Source: Gaiellaceae bacterium (GTDB taxonomy: Bacteria; Actinomycetota; Thermoleophilia; Gaiellales; Gaiellaceae). From it: a DNA stretch of 64,000 nucleotides. Within the stretch, counting starts at the first letter, position 1. Each line of letters opens with the position of its first letter. The translations under genes were made by a program, and so were the position numbers. The notes beneath the pieces were generated by a model. It was not told the DNA's origin. It worked only from the letters and a program-made list of their open reading frames with translations, and searched no databases. The stretch covers positions 4,678 to 68,677 of the forward strand of contig DASXKE010000202.1 of NCBI GenBank assembly GCA_036496985.1. The letters are read 5' to 3'. Below are positions 36,854-46,699 of this stretch, in pieces.

Positions 36854-39368
36854 GGCCGCCGTGCGCACGACAGCCGAGCTGCGGGAGGGATTCCAGGCGT
36901 TCTTCGAGGAGAAGGGCCATCTGCGCTGTCCATCTGCGTCCCTGATCCCACGCGCGGACGATCGCTCGACGCTCTACGTCACCGCCGGCATGCAGCCGCA
37001 GATGCCGTTCTTCCTCGGCCGCGAGAAGCCGCCGGCGCCGCTGACGACGATCTGTCAGAAGTGCTTTCGCACGCCCGACATCGACGAGGTCGGGCTCGAC
37101 ACGTACCACCTCACCTTCTTCGAGATGCTCGGCAACTTCTCGTTCGGCCAGTACTTCAAGGAGGGCGCGATCGCCTACGCGACCGAGTTCATCCAGGAGC
37201 GACTGAAGCTCGACTGGGATCGCGTCTGGGTGAGCGTCCACGCCGGCGATCCGGGTCTCGGGCTCGGGGCCGACGAGGAGGCGATCGGGCACTGGGAACG
37301 GATCGGCATGCCGCCTGAGCGGATCGTGCCACTGCCCTCCTCCGAGAACTTCTGGTCGGTCGGCGGCCCCGGGCCGTGCGGCCCCGACTCCGAGATGTAC
37401 TGGGACTGGGGCGAGGACGTCGGCTGCGGAAACGACGATTGCCTGCCCGGTTGCACCCGCTGCGAGCGCTTTCTCGAGTTCGGGAACCTCGTCTTCATGT
37501 CGTACGAGCTCCATGCCGACGGCAAGCTCACCGAGCTTCCGACCAAGAACATCGACACCGGGTGGGGGCTCGAGCGCGTCGCGCGCGTCGTGCAGGACGC
37601 CGTGTCCGTCTACGACACCGACGGCTACCGGCTGATCATGGACTGGGTCGAGCAGGAGTCGGGCGTCGCATACGGCTCGTCGACAGATGCGACGAAGGCG
37701 CATCGGGTGCTCGCCGACCACGGCCGCGGGATGACGTTCATCGTCGCCGAGGGCGTCTCGCCGTCGAACGAGGGCCGCGGCTACGTCCTGCGCCGCATCG
37801 TGCGGCGCGCGACCCAGCACGGCCTGCGAATCGGGATGAAGCCTCCGTTCCTGCCCGGCCTGGCGGATGTCGTGATCGAGCAGATGGGATCTGCCTATCC
37901 CGAGCTCGTGGAGCATCGCGACGAGATCCACCGCGTGCTCGCCGCCGAGGAGGAGCGCTTCGGCGAGACGCTCGAGCGCGGGATGACGATCTTCGAGGAG
38001 GCGGCGGCGAAGGGCGAGATCAGCGGCGACGACGCCTTCGAGCTGCAGGCGACGTACGGCTTCCCGCGCGAGCTCACGCAGGAGCTCGCACGCGAGCGCG
38101 GCCTCGCGCTCAACGAGGAGGAGTACGAGCGCCTGATGGAAGGGCACCGCGAGACGTCGCGCCAGGGCGGCACCGCACGCTACGAGCCGCGCTTCGCCGG
38201 AGCGCCGCGCACCGATTTCGTCGGCTACGAGCAGCTGGACGTGCGCACTGCGATCACCGCGTACGCCGACCTGGGCGCCGGCTATTTCCAGGTGAAGCTC
38301 GCCGAGTCGCCGTTCTATCCGGCGGGCGGCGGGCAGGTCACCGACGCCGGCTGGATCGAGAAAGACGATGGCTCGCGCGCCGACCTCGTCGAGGCGCTTC
38401 GGCTCGTGGACGATCAGGAGCTCGTCTTTCAAGGCTCTGGCTTCGCCGAGGGAGACCGCGTCCGTGCCGTCGTGCCGTGGAACGTCCGCTATCCCACGAT
38501 GGCGAACCACACGGCTACCCATCTGCTGCACAAGGTGCTGCAGGAGGTGCTCGGCGACCATGTTCGCCAGGCCGGCTCGGCCGTGCGGCCCGACAAGCTC
38601 CGCTTCGACTTCACGCATCCGTCGCCGCTGAGCCCGGAAGAGCGCGCCGAGGTCGAGAAGCGCGTCAACGAGCACGTCTTCGCGAACCTGCCGGTGCGGA
38701 TTTTCGAGACGCCGCTCGCGGAGGCACGAAACCTCGGCGCGATGATGCTCTTCGGCGAGAAGTACGGCGACGTCGTGCGCGTCGTCGACGTCGACGGCTG
38801 GTCGCTCGAGCTGTGCGGCGGCACGCATGTGCGGTCGACCGCGGAGATCGGACCGTTCGCAGTCCTGTCCGAGAGCTCGGTCGGCGCCGGCTCACGGCGG
38901 ATCGAGGCCGTCACAGCAGGCGAGGCGTTTGCGCTGCTGCACGAGCGCGCAAGAGAGGCCGATGCGCTGCGCGGCGAGCTCGAACGGGCGAGGAAGGAGT
39001 CGAAGCAGCCGAAGCAGTCCGAGCAGACGGAGATCATCTCCCAGGACAAAGAGGGAGACGTCCTGCTCATCGAGGTCAAGAGCCTCAAGGGCGGACCGCT
39101 GCGGGATTTCTCCGACCGGATCCGGCAGCAAGAGAAAGCCGGCGGCGCGATCGTCGCTTCGAGCGACGACGGCCGCGTTTTCCTCGTCGTCAACTTCGAC
39201 GACGCGCTGGTCGCGCGCGGGCTCGACGCGGTGCAGGTCGTGCGCGAGCTCGGCAAGCACATCGGAGGCGGCGGAGGCGGCAAGCCGACGCTCGCCGAGG
39301 CCGGTGGCAAGAACCCCGACGGTATCGCCGACGCGCTCGCTGCCGCGAAGGAGCTCGTCGCGCCATAA
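36852..39368 (+). CDS. alaS: Alanine--tRNA ligase
   Basis: FFEEKGH, SLIP..D.TL..T.AGM, FFEMLGNFSFGQYFK, the editing domain HTATHLLH, and a C-terminal DHHA1-like domain. The true start may be GTG 36861. Confidence 0.93.
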   Translation: MAAVRTTAELREGFQAFFEEKGHLRCPSASLIPRADDRSTLYVTAGMQPQMPFFLGREKPPAPLTTICQKCFRTPDIDEVGLDTYHLTFFEMLGNFSFGQYFKEGAIAYATEFIQERLKLDWDRVWVSVHAGDPGLGLGADEEAIGHWERIGMPPERIVPLPSSENFWSVGGPGPCGPDSEMYWDWGEDVGCGNDDCLPGCTRCERFLEFGNLVFMSYELHADGKLTELPTKNIDTGWGLERVARVVQDAVSVYDTDGYRLIMDWVEQESGVAYGSSTDATKAHRVLADHGRGMTFIVAEGVSPSNEGRGYVLRRIVRRATQHGLRIGMKPPFLPGLADVVIEQMGSAYPELVEHRDEIHRVLAAEEERFGETLERGMTIFEEAAAKGEISGDDAFELQATYGFPRELTQELARERGLALNEEEYERLMEGHRETSRQGGTARYEPRFAGAPRTDFVGYEQLDVRTAITAYADLGAGYFQVKLAESPFYPAGGGQVTDAGWIEKDDGSRADLVEALRLVDDQELVFQGSGFAEGDRVRAVVPWNVRYPTMANHTATHLLHKVLQEVLGDHVRQAGSAVRPDKLRFDFTHPSPLSPEERAEVEKRVNEHVFANLPVRIFETPLAEARNLGAMMLFGEKYGDVVRVVDVDGWSLELCGGTHVRSTAEIGPFAVLSESSVGAGSRRIEAVTAGEAFALLHERAREADALRGELERARKESKQPKQSEQTEIISQDKEGDVLLIEVKSLKGGPLRDFSDRIRQQEKAGGAIVASSDDGRVFLVVNFDDALVARGLDAVQVVRELGKHIGGGGGGKPTLAEAGGKNPDGIADALAAAKELVAP

Positions 39369-39387
39369 AGATGCTGCGGTGAAGGTG

Positions 39388-39774
39388 ATGGCACTCGACT
39401 ACGGCTCGGCCCGCACGGGGGTCGCGGTCTCCGATCCGACCGGCACGCTCGCGCGTCCGCTCGGCGTCGTCGAGCGGGCCGGTACCGACGACGGGCTCGC
39501 CGAGCTCGCGCGGCTCGTGCGGGAGGAGGACGTCGAGCGCGTCGTCGTCGGCCTGCCGCTCACGCTCCGCGGCACCCGAGGCGAGCAGGCCGCCGAGACC
39601 GAGCGTTTCGTCGAGGCGCTCCGTCCCATTCTCGACGTCCCGGTCGAGCTCTACGACGAACGGTTCACGACCGACCTCGCGGAGAGGACGGCGGGAGCAG
39701 CGCCCGAGGACGCCCTCGCGGCTGCGCATCTTCTTTCCGGCTGGCTCGAGCGGTGGAGCCCGGCGGCCAGCTGA
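39388..39774 (+). CDS. ruvX: Holliday junction resolvase-like nuclease RuvX (YqgF)
   Basis: MALDYGSARTGVAVSD and VVVGLPL motifs. Confidence 0.85.
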   Translation: MALDYGSARTGVAVSDPTGTLARPLGVVERAGTDDGLAELARLVREEDVERVVVGLPLTLRGTRGEQAAETERFVEALRPILDVPVELYDERFTTDLAERTAGAAPEDALAAAHLLSGWLERWSPAAS

Positions 39775-40643
39775 CACCTCCAGGGCCGTCGCGCCGGCGG
39801 ATCGTCGCCCGCCGCGTCGTCGCGCTGGTCGCGCTCGTGCTGCTGCTCGGAGGAGGCACCGCGGCAGCGTTCGCGATCCACGGCTCGCGGCACGCCGCAC
39901 CGCCGCCGACGACCGTCCGCCAGCTGCGGCAGTTCCGGATCGTGTTCCCTGAGGGATTCACTCGCGCGCAGATGGCCGCGCGCGCGGGGACGGTCGCGAA
40001 GATCGCGACGCGCGAGGGACATCGCAAAGTGAAGCTCTCGCAAAGCGGATATCTCGCTGCGACCGCCCGCAAGCGCTCGATCCCGGGCTTCGGCCCGAAG
40101 AAGCTGCCGCTCGAGGGCTTCCTCTTCCCCGACACCTACGACTTCGACCGCAAGTCGACGTCGGCGGAGCTCGTGCAAGAGCAGCTCCAGGAGTTCGACT
40201 CGCAGTGGGGGACGGTCAACCTCGCATACGCACGGAGCAAGAACCTCACGGCGTACGACGTGCTCACGATCGCGTCAATCATCGAGAAGGAAGCGGTCGC
40301 GCCGGGCGATCGGCCAAAGGTTGCCCGCGTCATCTACAACCGGCTGCACCTCGGGATGACGCTCGGGATGGACTCCACCATCCGCTACGCGCTGCACATT
40401 CCGGGAACGAAGTCGTTGACGGAGTCCGACCTCGCGAATCCGACGCCGTACAACACCCGCCTTCACGCGGGCCTGCCACCGACGCCCATCGCAAACCCCG
40501 GCCTCGCGTCGATCGAGGCGGCGGCGCATCCGGCCAACGGGCCGTGGCTGTACTTCGTCGCCGAGCCCGACAAGGTGCACAGCTTCTTCACCGCCAGTGC
40601 GACGGCTTTCGATGAGTACAAGGCCGCGCATGGCTACGGCTGA
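39753..40643 (+). CDS. mltG: Endolytic murein transglycosylase MltG (YceG-like)
   Basis: N-terminal TM segment, EGFLFPDTY, ASIIEKE, YNTRLHAGLPPTPIANPG. Confidence 0.85.
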   Translation: MEPGGQLTPPGPSRRRIVARRVVALVALVLLLGGGTAAAFAIHGSRHAAPPPTTVRQLRQFRIVFPEGFTRAQMAARAGTVAKIATREGHRKVKLSQSGYLAATARKRSIPGFGPKKLPLEGFLFPDTYDFDRKSTSAELVQEQLQEFDSQWGTVNLAYARSKNLTAYDVLTIASIIEKEAVAPGDRPKVARVIYNRLHLGMTLGMDSTIRYALHIPGTKSLTESDLANPTPYNTRLHAGLPPTPIANPGLASIEAAAHPANGPWLYFVAEPDKVHSFFTASATAFDEYKAAHGYG

Positions 40644-41286
40644 GCGACAGCTCGTCGTACTCCTCGGCCATCCGGTGGCGCACTCGCTGTCGCCGCGGAT
40701 GCAGAACGCGGCCTTCGCGGCGGCCGGGCTCGACTGGGAGTACGTCCTCCGCGACGTCCGCCCGGAAGAGCTGGAAGCCGCGGTGCGCGAGGTCGAGTAC
40801 GCGAACGTCACGGCGCCGTACAAGCTCGACGTGGCGCGGATCCTCGGCAGTGAGCTGGCGTCCGTGAACACGATCGCGCGAGGCCGGGGGTTCTCGACCG
40901 ACGCTGCGATCCTCGAGCAAGTAACAGACTGTTACAAGCCGGCGATCGTGGGCGACGGCGGCGCGGCGGCTGCGTTTCGTCACGCGCTGCCGGACGCGCG
41001 GGTGTTCTCGCGGCGCGGCGAGTGGCCTCCGGAGGTCGGCGACTTCGACCTCGTGATCCACGCCACGCCGGTCCGTGACGAGGTGCTGTTCGATCTCGGA
41101 CCGGGCCAGACGCTGATCGACCTTCCGTATCCGCGAACCGCGACTGCGGTGGCGGCGGCCGCGGCGGGAGCGCGCGTCCTCGACGGGCTCGAGGTGCTCG
41201 TCACGCAGGGAGCCGCGAGCTTCGAGCTCTGGACGGGGCAGGCGGCGCCGGTCGGCGAGATGCGCCGCGCTCTCGGCTTGACCTGA
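40630..41286 (+). CDS. aroE: Shikimate dehydrogenase (compact form)
   Basis: GHPVAHSLSPRMQNAAF and NVTAPYK motifs. Only about 218 aa. Confidence 0.78.
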   Translation: MATAERQLVVLLGHPVAHSLSPRMQNAAFAAAGLDWEYVLRDVRPEELEAAVREVEYANVTAPYKLDVARILGSELASVNTIARGRGFSTDAAILEQVTDCYKPAIVGDGGAAAAFRHALPDARVFSRRGEWPPEVGDFDLVIHATPVRDEVLFDLGPGQTLIDLPYPRTATAVAAAAAGARVLDGLEVLVTQGAASFELWTGQAAPVGEMRRALGLT

Positions 41287-41312
41287 TGCCGCTAGGGGCA
41301 TAGAACGAGAAC

Positions 41313-41624
41313 ATGCGCAGCTGTCGCGGATGCGGAGGAGCAGTTCAGGACGACTTCCGCTTCTGCCCGCACTGTGGCAAGTCGCAGCGCACGAAGATCG
41401 TCGAGTACTTCCGCGGCCATCCCGACGTCGGCGACGGCGGCCTGCGCGTCTCCGTCTACCTGACAGAGCCGAGGCATGCGCGCCTGAGCGTCTGGCACGG
41501 GGAGGAGGCGCAGGCGGCGATCTCGCTCGACCCGGACGAGGCCGCCCGGCTCGCCCGCTTCCTCGACACGGCGGCGACGCGGCCACATCGCGGACTCGTC
41601 TCCCGAGTGCTCTCCCGGCTCTAG
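41313..41624 (+). CDS. Zinc-ribbon domain protein (hypothetical)
   Basis: N-terminal CRGC-x12-CPHC. Confidence 0.5.
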   Translation: MRSCRGCGGAVQDDFRFCPHCGKSQRTKIVEYFRGHPDVGDGGLRVSVYLTEPRHARLSVWHGEEAQAAISLDPDEAARLARFLDTAATRPHRGLVSRVLSRL

Positions 41625-41642
41625 GCCACTACGCTCCCCGCC

Positions 41643-42728
41643 ATGACGCTCGAGCTCGCGACCGCGTGAGAGTCGCACGGCCCTGCGCTCGTCGCGATCG
41701 TCTCGGGCCTGCCGGCCGGACTCGCCCTCGACCGCGACGCGATCGACGCCGACCTCCGCCGCCGCCAGCAGGGTTACGGCCGCTCGCCGCGCCAGCAGAT
41801 CGAGGCCGACGAGGTGGAGGTGCTCGCGGGGCTTCGGCACGGCCGCACGCTCGGCACGCCACTCGCGCTCGTCGTCCGCAACCGCGACCACAAGAACTGG
41901 ACCTGGGGGATGAGCCCCTGGCCGCCCGACGGCGAGCCCGAGGGGAAAGGGACGAGACCCGTCACGCTTCCGCGACCGGGCCACGCTGATCTCGCGGGCG
42001 TGCAGAAGCACGAGCTCGCGGACGTTCGCGACGCGCTCGAGCGCGCGTCCGCGCGGCACACGGCCGTCTACGTCGCCGCCGGGGCCGTCGCGAAGGCGTT
42101 GCTCGCCGAGATCGGGATCGAGGTCGCGGGCGCTGCGCTGGCCGAAGCTGGTGCAGATCCCGACTCTGTCGACGAAGCACGTAAGGATCGCGACACGCTC
42201 GGCGGCCGGGTCGAAGTGAAGGCGCACGGCGTCCCGCCGGGGCTCGGCTCGTACGCGCGACGCGAGGACCGGCTCGACGCGCGGCTCGCGGCGGCGCTGA
42301 TGGGTATCCAGGCGGTGAAAGGCGTCGAGATCGGCGACGGATTCGCGCTCTCCGGACTGCGCGGCTCGGCGGCGCATGACGAGATCGTTCGCGACGAGCG
42401 TGGCCTGCACCGCGAGACGAACCGCGCCGGCGGCATCGAGGGCGGAATGTCGAACGGCGAGGAGGTCGTGGTGCGTGCCGCGATGAAGCCTCTGCCGACG
42501 CTGATGCGCCCGCTCCGCTCGGTCGACCTCGAGACCGGCGAGGCGGCCGACGCCCTCGTCGAGCGGAGCGACGTCTCGGCGGTCGAGGCGCTCGCGGTCG
42601 TCGCCGAGGCCGCGGTCGCGTGGGAGCTGGCCCGCGCCGCGCGTGAGAAGTTCGGCGGTGACGCGATCGGCGATTTCGTCGGCGCGTGGCGCGCGTATCT
42701 GGAGCGGATCGACTGGACGGCACGTTAG
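41643..42728 (+). CDS. aroC: Chorismate synthase, interrupted by an in-frame TGA at 41667-41669 (possible pseudogene or sequence error)
   Basis: Translation reads [26 protein letters not shown]...[18 protein letters not shown]. The uninterrupted track ORF begins only at GTG 41814. Confidence 0.75.
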
Positions 42729-44128
42729 ACAGGCATGTCGTCCTCGTCGGCTTCATGGGAGCCGGCAAGACGACGCGGGGCTGGGACGTCGCGCGTCTGC
42801 TTGGCAGGCCGTTCGTCGACGTCGACGGAGCGATTGCCGCGGCGCACGGTCCGATTGCCGAGCTCTTCGCGACGCAGGGGGAGGCTGCGTTCCGCGAGCT
42901 GGAGGCGCGGTTCGTCAGGGAGGCGCTTGCGCGGCACGAGCCCACCGTCATCGCGGTCGGCGGCGGCGCGGTCGAGACGCCGAACCTCGTCCGCGACGAC
43001 CGCGCGATCGTCGTGCATCTGCAGATCGACGTCGAGACGGCGTGGGAGCGGGTGAACCGCAGCGAGCGGCCACTCGCGCAGGACGAGACCGAGTTTCGTC
43101 GCCGCTTCGACCTCCGCGCACCGCTCTACGCCGCGGTGGCCGACGCGTCCGCACGCGACAGGGACGACGTGGTGCTCGCCGCCGCAGGCGTACGCGTCGA
43201 GCGTGGTGCAGTGCAGCGGCTCGGCGAGCTCGTACCCGGCGAAGGGGCCGTCGCGCTCGTGTCCGACGCGCAGGTCGCGGGCATCCACGGGATGGACGCG
43301 CAGCTCGCGCTCGGCTCGCGCCTCGCCGAGACCCACGAGCTGCCGTCGGGCGAGGAGGCCAAGACGCTCGCCGCTCTCGACCGTCTCTGGCAGGAGCTGC
43401 GTCTCGACCGCAACGGCACGATCGTCGCGCTCGGCGGCGGCTGCACGACCGACGCGGCCGGCTTCGCGGCGGCGGCGTATCTCCGCGGCATCGCCTGGAC
43501 GCCGGTCCCGACGAGCCTGGTCGCACAGGTCGACGCGGCCATCGGCGGCAAGACGGCGATCGATCTGCCGCAGGGGAAGAACCTCGTCGGCTCCTTCAAC
43601 TGGCCGGACCGAACCGTGATCGATCCCGCTCTGCTCGAGACGCTGTCCGAGGCGCACCGGCTCGAAGGGATGGCCGAGGTCGTGAAGACGGGGTTGCTCG
43701 CCGGAGAGCCGTACTGGGAGCTTCCCGACGACGAGCTCGTGCGGCGCTGTGCCGCGTTCAAGTCGGCGATCTGTCTCCGCGACCCGCACGAACGCGGCGA
43801 GCGGGCGATGCTCAACCTCGGCCACACATTCGCGCACGCGCTCGAAGCAGCGGCCGGCTACGAGGGACTGACCCACGGGCGCGCCGTCGCCCTCGGGCTG
43901 CTCGCTGCCTTGCGCCTCTCCGGCCGCGAGACGCGAGTCGTGGAGGACGTCCTGCGGCCGCAGCCCGCTCGAGTCGACCGCGAGCGCGCCTGGCAGGCGA
44001 TGCACCGGGACAAGAAGGCCCGCGGCGGAGAGCTCCGGCTCGTCCTGCTGGGCGACGACGGGCCGCGCTGGAACGTCGCGGTGCCCGAGGAGGACGTGCG
44101 CCGCGAACTCGATAGGTTGATCGCATGA
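42686..44128 (+). CDS. aroKB: Bifunctional shikimate kinase / 3-dehydroquinate synthase (fused)
   Basis: The N-terminal part has Walker A GFMGAGKTT. The C-terminal part has GGGCTTDAAGF, VDAAIGGKTAI and NLGHTFAHALE. No stop codon separates them. Confidence 0.85.
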   Translation: MARVSGADRLDGTLDRHVVLVGFMGAGKTTRGWDVARLLGRPFVDVDGAIAAAHGPIAELFATQGEAAFRELEARFVREALARHEPTVIAVGGGAVETPNLVRDDRAIVVHLQIDVETAWERVNRSERPLAQDETEFRRRFDLRAPLYAAVADASARDRDDVVLAAAGVRVERGAVQRLGELVPGEGAVALVSDAQVAGIHGMDAQLALGSRLAETHELPSGEEAKTLAALDRLWQELRLDRNGTIVALGGGCTTDAAGFAAAAYLRGIAWTPVPTSLVAQVDAAIGGKTAIDLPQGKNLVGSFNWPDRTVIDPALLETLSEAHRLEGMAEVVKTGLLAGEPYWELPDDELVRRCAAFKSAICLRDPHERGERAMLNLGHTFAHALEAAAGYEGLTHGRAVALGLLAALRLSGRETRVVEDVLRPQPARVDRERAWQAMHRDKKARGGELRLVLLGDDGPRWNVAVPEEDVRRELDRLIA

Positions 44129-44556
44129 GAATCTCAGTGCTCAACGGCGTCAACCTCAACATCCTCGGGATGCGCGATCCGAAGCTGTACGGCGGTCTCA
44201 CGATCGCGGAGCTGGAGAGCCGCATCTACGAGTGGGCGCGGAATCTCGAGCTGACCGTCCAGTGCCGGCAGTCGAACGACGAGGGCGAGTACGTCAAGTG
44301 GTGCCACGACGCCTACGACACGGTCGACGCGGTCATCGTCAACCCGGGCGCGTGGACGCACTACGCGTGGGCGATCCACGACGCGCTCGAGCCGCTCACG
44401 ATTCCGATCGTGGAGGTGCACCTCTCGAACGTCGACGAGCGTGAGGAGTGGCGGCGTAAGTCGGTCGTCGCCGATCTCGTCGCCGCCCGCTTCATCGGGC
44501 ACGGGCCGGACGGGTACAAGCTGGCACTCGACTTCCTGAAGGAGAAAGCCGCATGA
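44125..44556 (+). CDS. aroQ: Type II 3-dehydroquinate dehydratase
   Basis: VLNGVNLNILGMRDPKLYG, INPGAWTHY, VEVHLSN. Confidence 0.9.
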   Translation: MRISVLNGVNLNILGMRDPKLYGGLTIAELESRIYEWARNLELTVQCRQSNDEGEYVKWCHDAYDTVDAVIVNPGAWTHYAWAIHDALEPLTIPIVEVHLSNVDEREEWRRKSVVADLVAARFIGHGPDGYKLALDFLKEKAA

Positions 44557-45593
44557 GCGAGCGGATCGAACGGCTGAGGGCGATGCTCGAAGAGCCGCTG
44601 CTGATCACGAACCCGGTCAACGTCCTCTATCTGACCGGCCTGGACAGCTCCAACGCCGCGCTCCTCGTCGAGCCCGATCGCGCGCGTCTCTTCACCGACT
44701 TCCGCTATATCGAGGAGGCGCGGGTGGCCGAAGGCGTCGAGGCCGTGCAGACGAAGCGGTCCCTGATCGCCTGGCTCGGCGAGAACCTCTCCGGCACCTT
44801 CGGCTTCGAGGCGAACGTCCTCCCGTTCTCGTTTGCAGAGCAGCTTCGTGGCGGCGGCCTCGAGCTCGTCCCGCGCCAGGGGCTCGTCGAGCAGCTGCGC
44901 GCGGTCAAGGACGACGGCGAGCTCGACAGCTTTCGGCGAGCCTGCGCGATCACGGACCGGATGTTCGAGCGGCTCGTGAGCGAGGTGCGGTTCGTCGGCC
45001 GCCCCGAGCGGGACGTCGCGTGGGAGATCACGAGGCTCTACCACGAGGAAGGCGCCGAGGCCGAGTCCTTCGAGGCGATCGTCGGTTCAGGCCCGACGGG
45101 CGCTCGGCCGCATGCGCGCGCCGGCGATCGCGTGATGGGCGAGGGAGAGCTCGTCGTGATCGACACCGGCTGCCGCATCGGCGGCTACGCGTCCGACTAC
45201 ACGCGGACGCTCGCCACCGGAGAGCTCGACGCCGAGCTGCGGGAAGCGTACGACGTCGTGCTCGCCGCGCAGCAGGCGGGCCTCGACGCGATCAGGGCGG
45301 GCGCGAACGGCCTCGACGTCGACGCCGCGGCGCGCGACGTGATCGAGGGCAGCGCGTTCGCAGGCACGTTCGGCCACGGTCTCGGACACGGGCTCGGGCT
45401 CGACGTCCACGAAGCGCCGCGGCTCTCGACCGAGAGCACCGACACGCTCGGCGCCGGCAACGTCGTCACCGTCGAGCCCGGCGTGTACCTCGAGGGCCGC
45501 TTCGGGATCCGGATCGAGGACGACGTGATCGTGACGGCCGGCGGGATCGAGAACCCCGTCCGCTTCACGAAGGAGCTTCTGACCGTCTCGTAA
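44553..45593 (+). CDS. M24 family Xaa-Pro aminopeptidase
   Basis: Pita-bread metal ligand pattern: DTGC..GGYASD, GHGLGHGLGLDVHE, VTVEPG, IRIED. Confidence 0.85.
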   Translation: MSERIERLRAMLEEPLLITNPVNVLYLTGLDSSNAALLVEPDRARLFTDFRYIEEARVAEGVEAVQTKRSLIAWLGENLSGTFGFEANVLPFSFAEQLRGGGLELVPRQGLVEQLRAVKDDGELDSFRRACAITDRMFERLVSEVRFVGRPERDVAWEITRLYHEEGAEAESFEAIVGSGPTGARPHARAGDRVMGEGELVVIDTGCRIGGYASDYTRTLATGELDAELREAYDVVLAAQQAGLDAIRAGANGLDVDAAARDVIEGSAFAGTFGHGLGHGLGLDVHEAPRLSTESTDTLGAGNVVTVEPGVYLEGRFGIRIEDDVIVTAGGIENPVRFTKELLTVS

Positions 45594-45646
45594 GAGCTCG
45601 ACTTCGGCGTCTTGACAGCGCCTCAAAGAGCGGTCACTTTCGGACG

Positions 45647-46108
45647 ATGCGGCGTATCGCGTATCTGCTCTTGGCGGCTCTCGCGCTCTCGGGCTGCGGT
45701 GTGCTGACCAAGGAAAACCTCAAGCCGACGGCGCCGACGCTGACCCACGGCCGGCTGGTCTACCTCGCCGACCGCGCGTGTGCAGGCGACCTTCGCTACG
45801 ACCGCACGCTCAAACCCGCCACGAACCCGGAAACGTTCCTGAAGAACCTGCGGCTCAGCCTCAAGTCGGCCGAGCGCCTCAACTTCGCCCTTCGCGGACT
45901 GACGCCGCCTCCGTCCGACAGTGCCGCGTTCCGGCGCTTCCTCGCCGCCGAGAACGGCCAGGACCTGGTCGCGACCCATTTGCGCGATTCGTACGGGGAT
46001 ATGACGGTTCGGGAGTTCAAGCGCGATGTCCGCCGGATCAGGATCCTCGACAGGCGCGTCCAGGCACGCGCGAGGAGACTCGGGATGCACGTCTGCGCCA
46101 AGGATTAG
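45647..46108 (+). CDS. Lipoprotein of unknown function
   Basis: Lipobox LALSGC after a signal peptide. The upstream part of the 362-aa track ORF overlaps pepP out of frame and was discarded. Confidence 0.55.
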   Translation: MRRIAYLLLAALALSGCGVLTKENLKPTAPTLTHGRLVYLADRACAGDLRYDRTLKPATNPETFLKNLRLSLKSAERLNFALRGLTPPPSDSAAFRRFLAAENGQDLVATHLRDSYGDMTVREFKRDVRRIRILDRRVQARARRLGMHVCAKD

Positions 46109-46132
46109 CGGCGCCGCTACCCTCTCCGGCCG

Positions 46133-46699
46133 ATGGCCGAGACGGTCGACACGAACAGCTTCAAGAACGGGATGCACATCGAGCTCGACAACAAGGTGTG
46201 GCGGATCGTCGAGTTCCAGCATGTGAAGCCCGGCAAGGGCGGCGCGTTCGTCCGCACGAAGCTCAAGAGCCTCGACGCAGGCGCCGTCGTCGACCGCACG
46301 GTCCGCGCCGGCGAGAAGTTCCCGCGCGTCCACACCGAGACGAAGAACGTCCAGTACCTCTACGACGACGGCTCCGACGTGCACTTCATGGACGCGGAGA
46401 CGTACGAGCAGTTCGCGCTGCCGCATGCCGACCTCACCGACGAGCTGCCGTACATGCAGCCGAACGCGTCGGTGCAGGTGCTGAGCGTGAACGGCAAGCC
46501 GTCGAGCCTGCAGCTTCCGTCCTCGGTCGAGCTTGCGGTCGTGGAGACCGAGCCGGGCGTCCGAGGTGACACGGTCTCGAATGTGACGAAGCCGGCCACG
46601 CTCGAGACGGGCGCGGTCGTCCAGGTACCGATGTTCGTCAACGTGGGCGATCGCCTCAAGGTCGATCCCCGCGAAGGCCGCTACATCTCGCGCGCCTGA
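46133..46699 (+). CDS. efp: Elongation factor P
   Basis: FKNGMHIELDNKVWRIVEFQHVKPGKGGAFVRTKLK. Confidence 0.93.
   Translation: MAETVDTNSFKNGMHIELDNKVWRIVEFQHVKPGKGGAFVRTKLKSLDAGAVVDRTVRAGEKFPRVHTETKNVQYLYDDGSDVHFMDAETYEQFALPHADLTDELPYMQPNASVQVLSVNGKPSSLQLPSSVELAVVETEPGVRGDTVSNVTKPATLETGAVVQVPMFVNVGDRLKVDPREGRYISRA

Noticed and set aside
36795-38828. 677-aa minus-strand ORF
   Set aside because: It is antisense to alaS and is a high-GC artefact.
41667-41669. TGA as selenocysteine or a reassigned Gly codon (genetic code 25)
   Set aside because: The aligned residue is a structural Gly, not a redox Cys/Sec. I saw no SECIS-like hairpin immediately downstream. Dozens of genes in this window terminate with TGA, including the ATGA/GTGA overlaps, so global reassignment is excluded.
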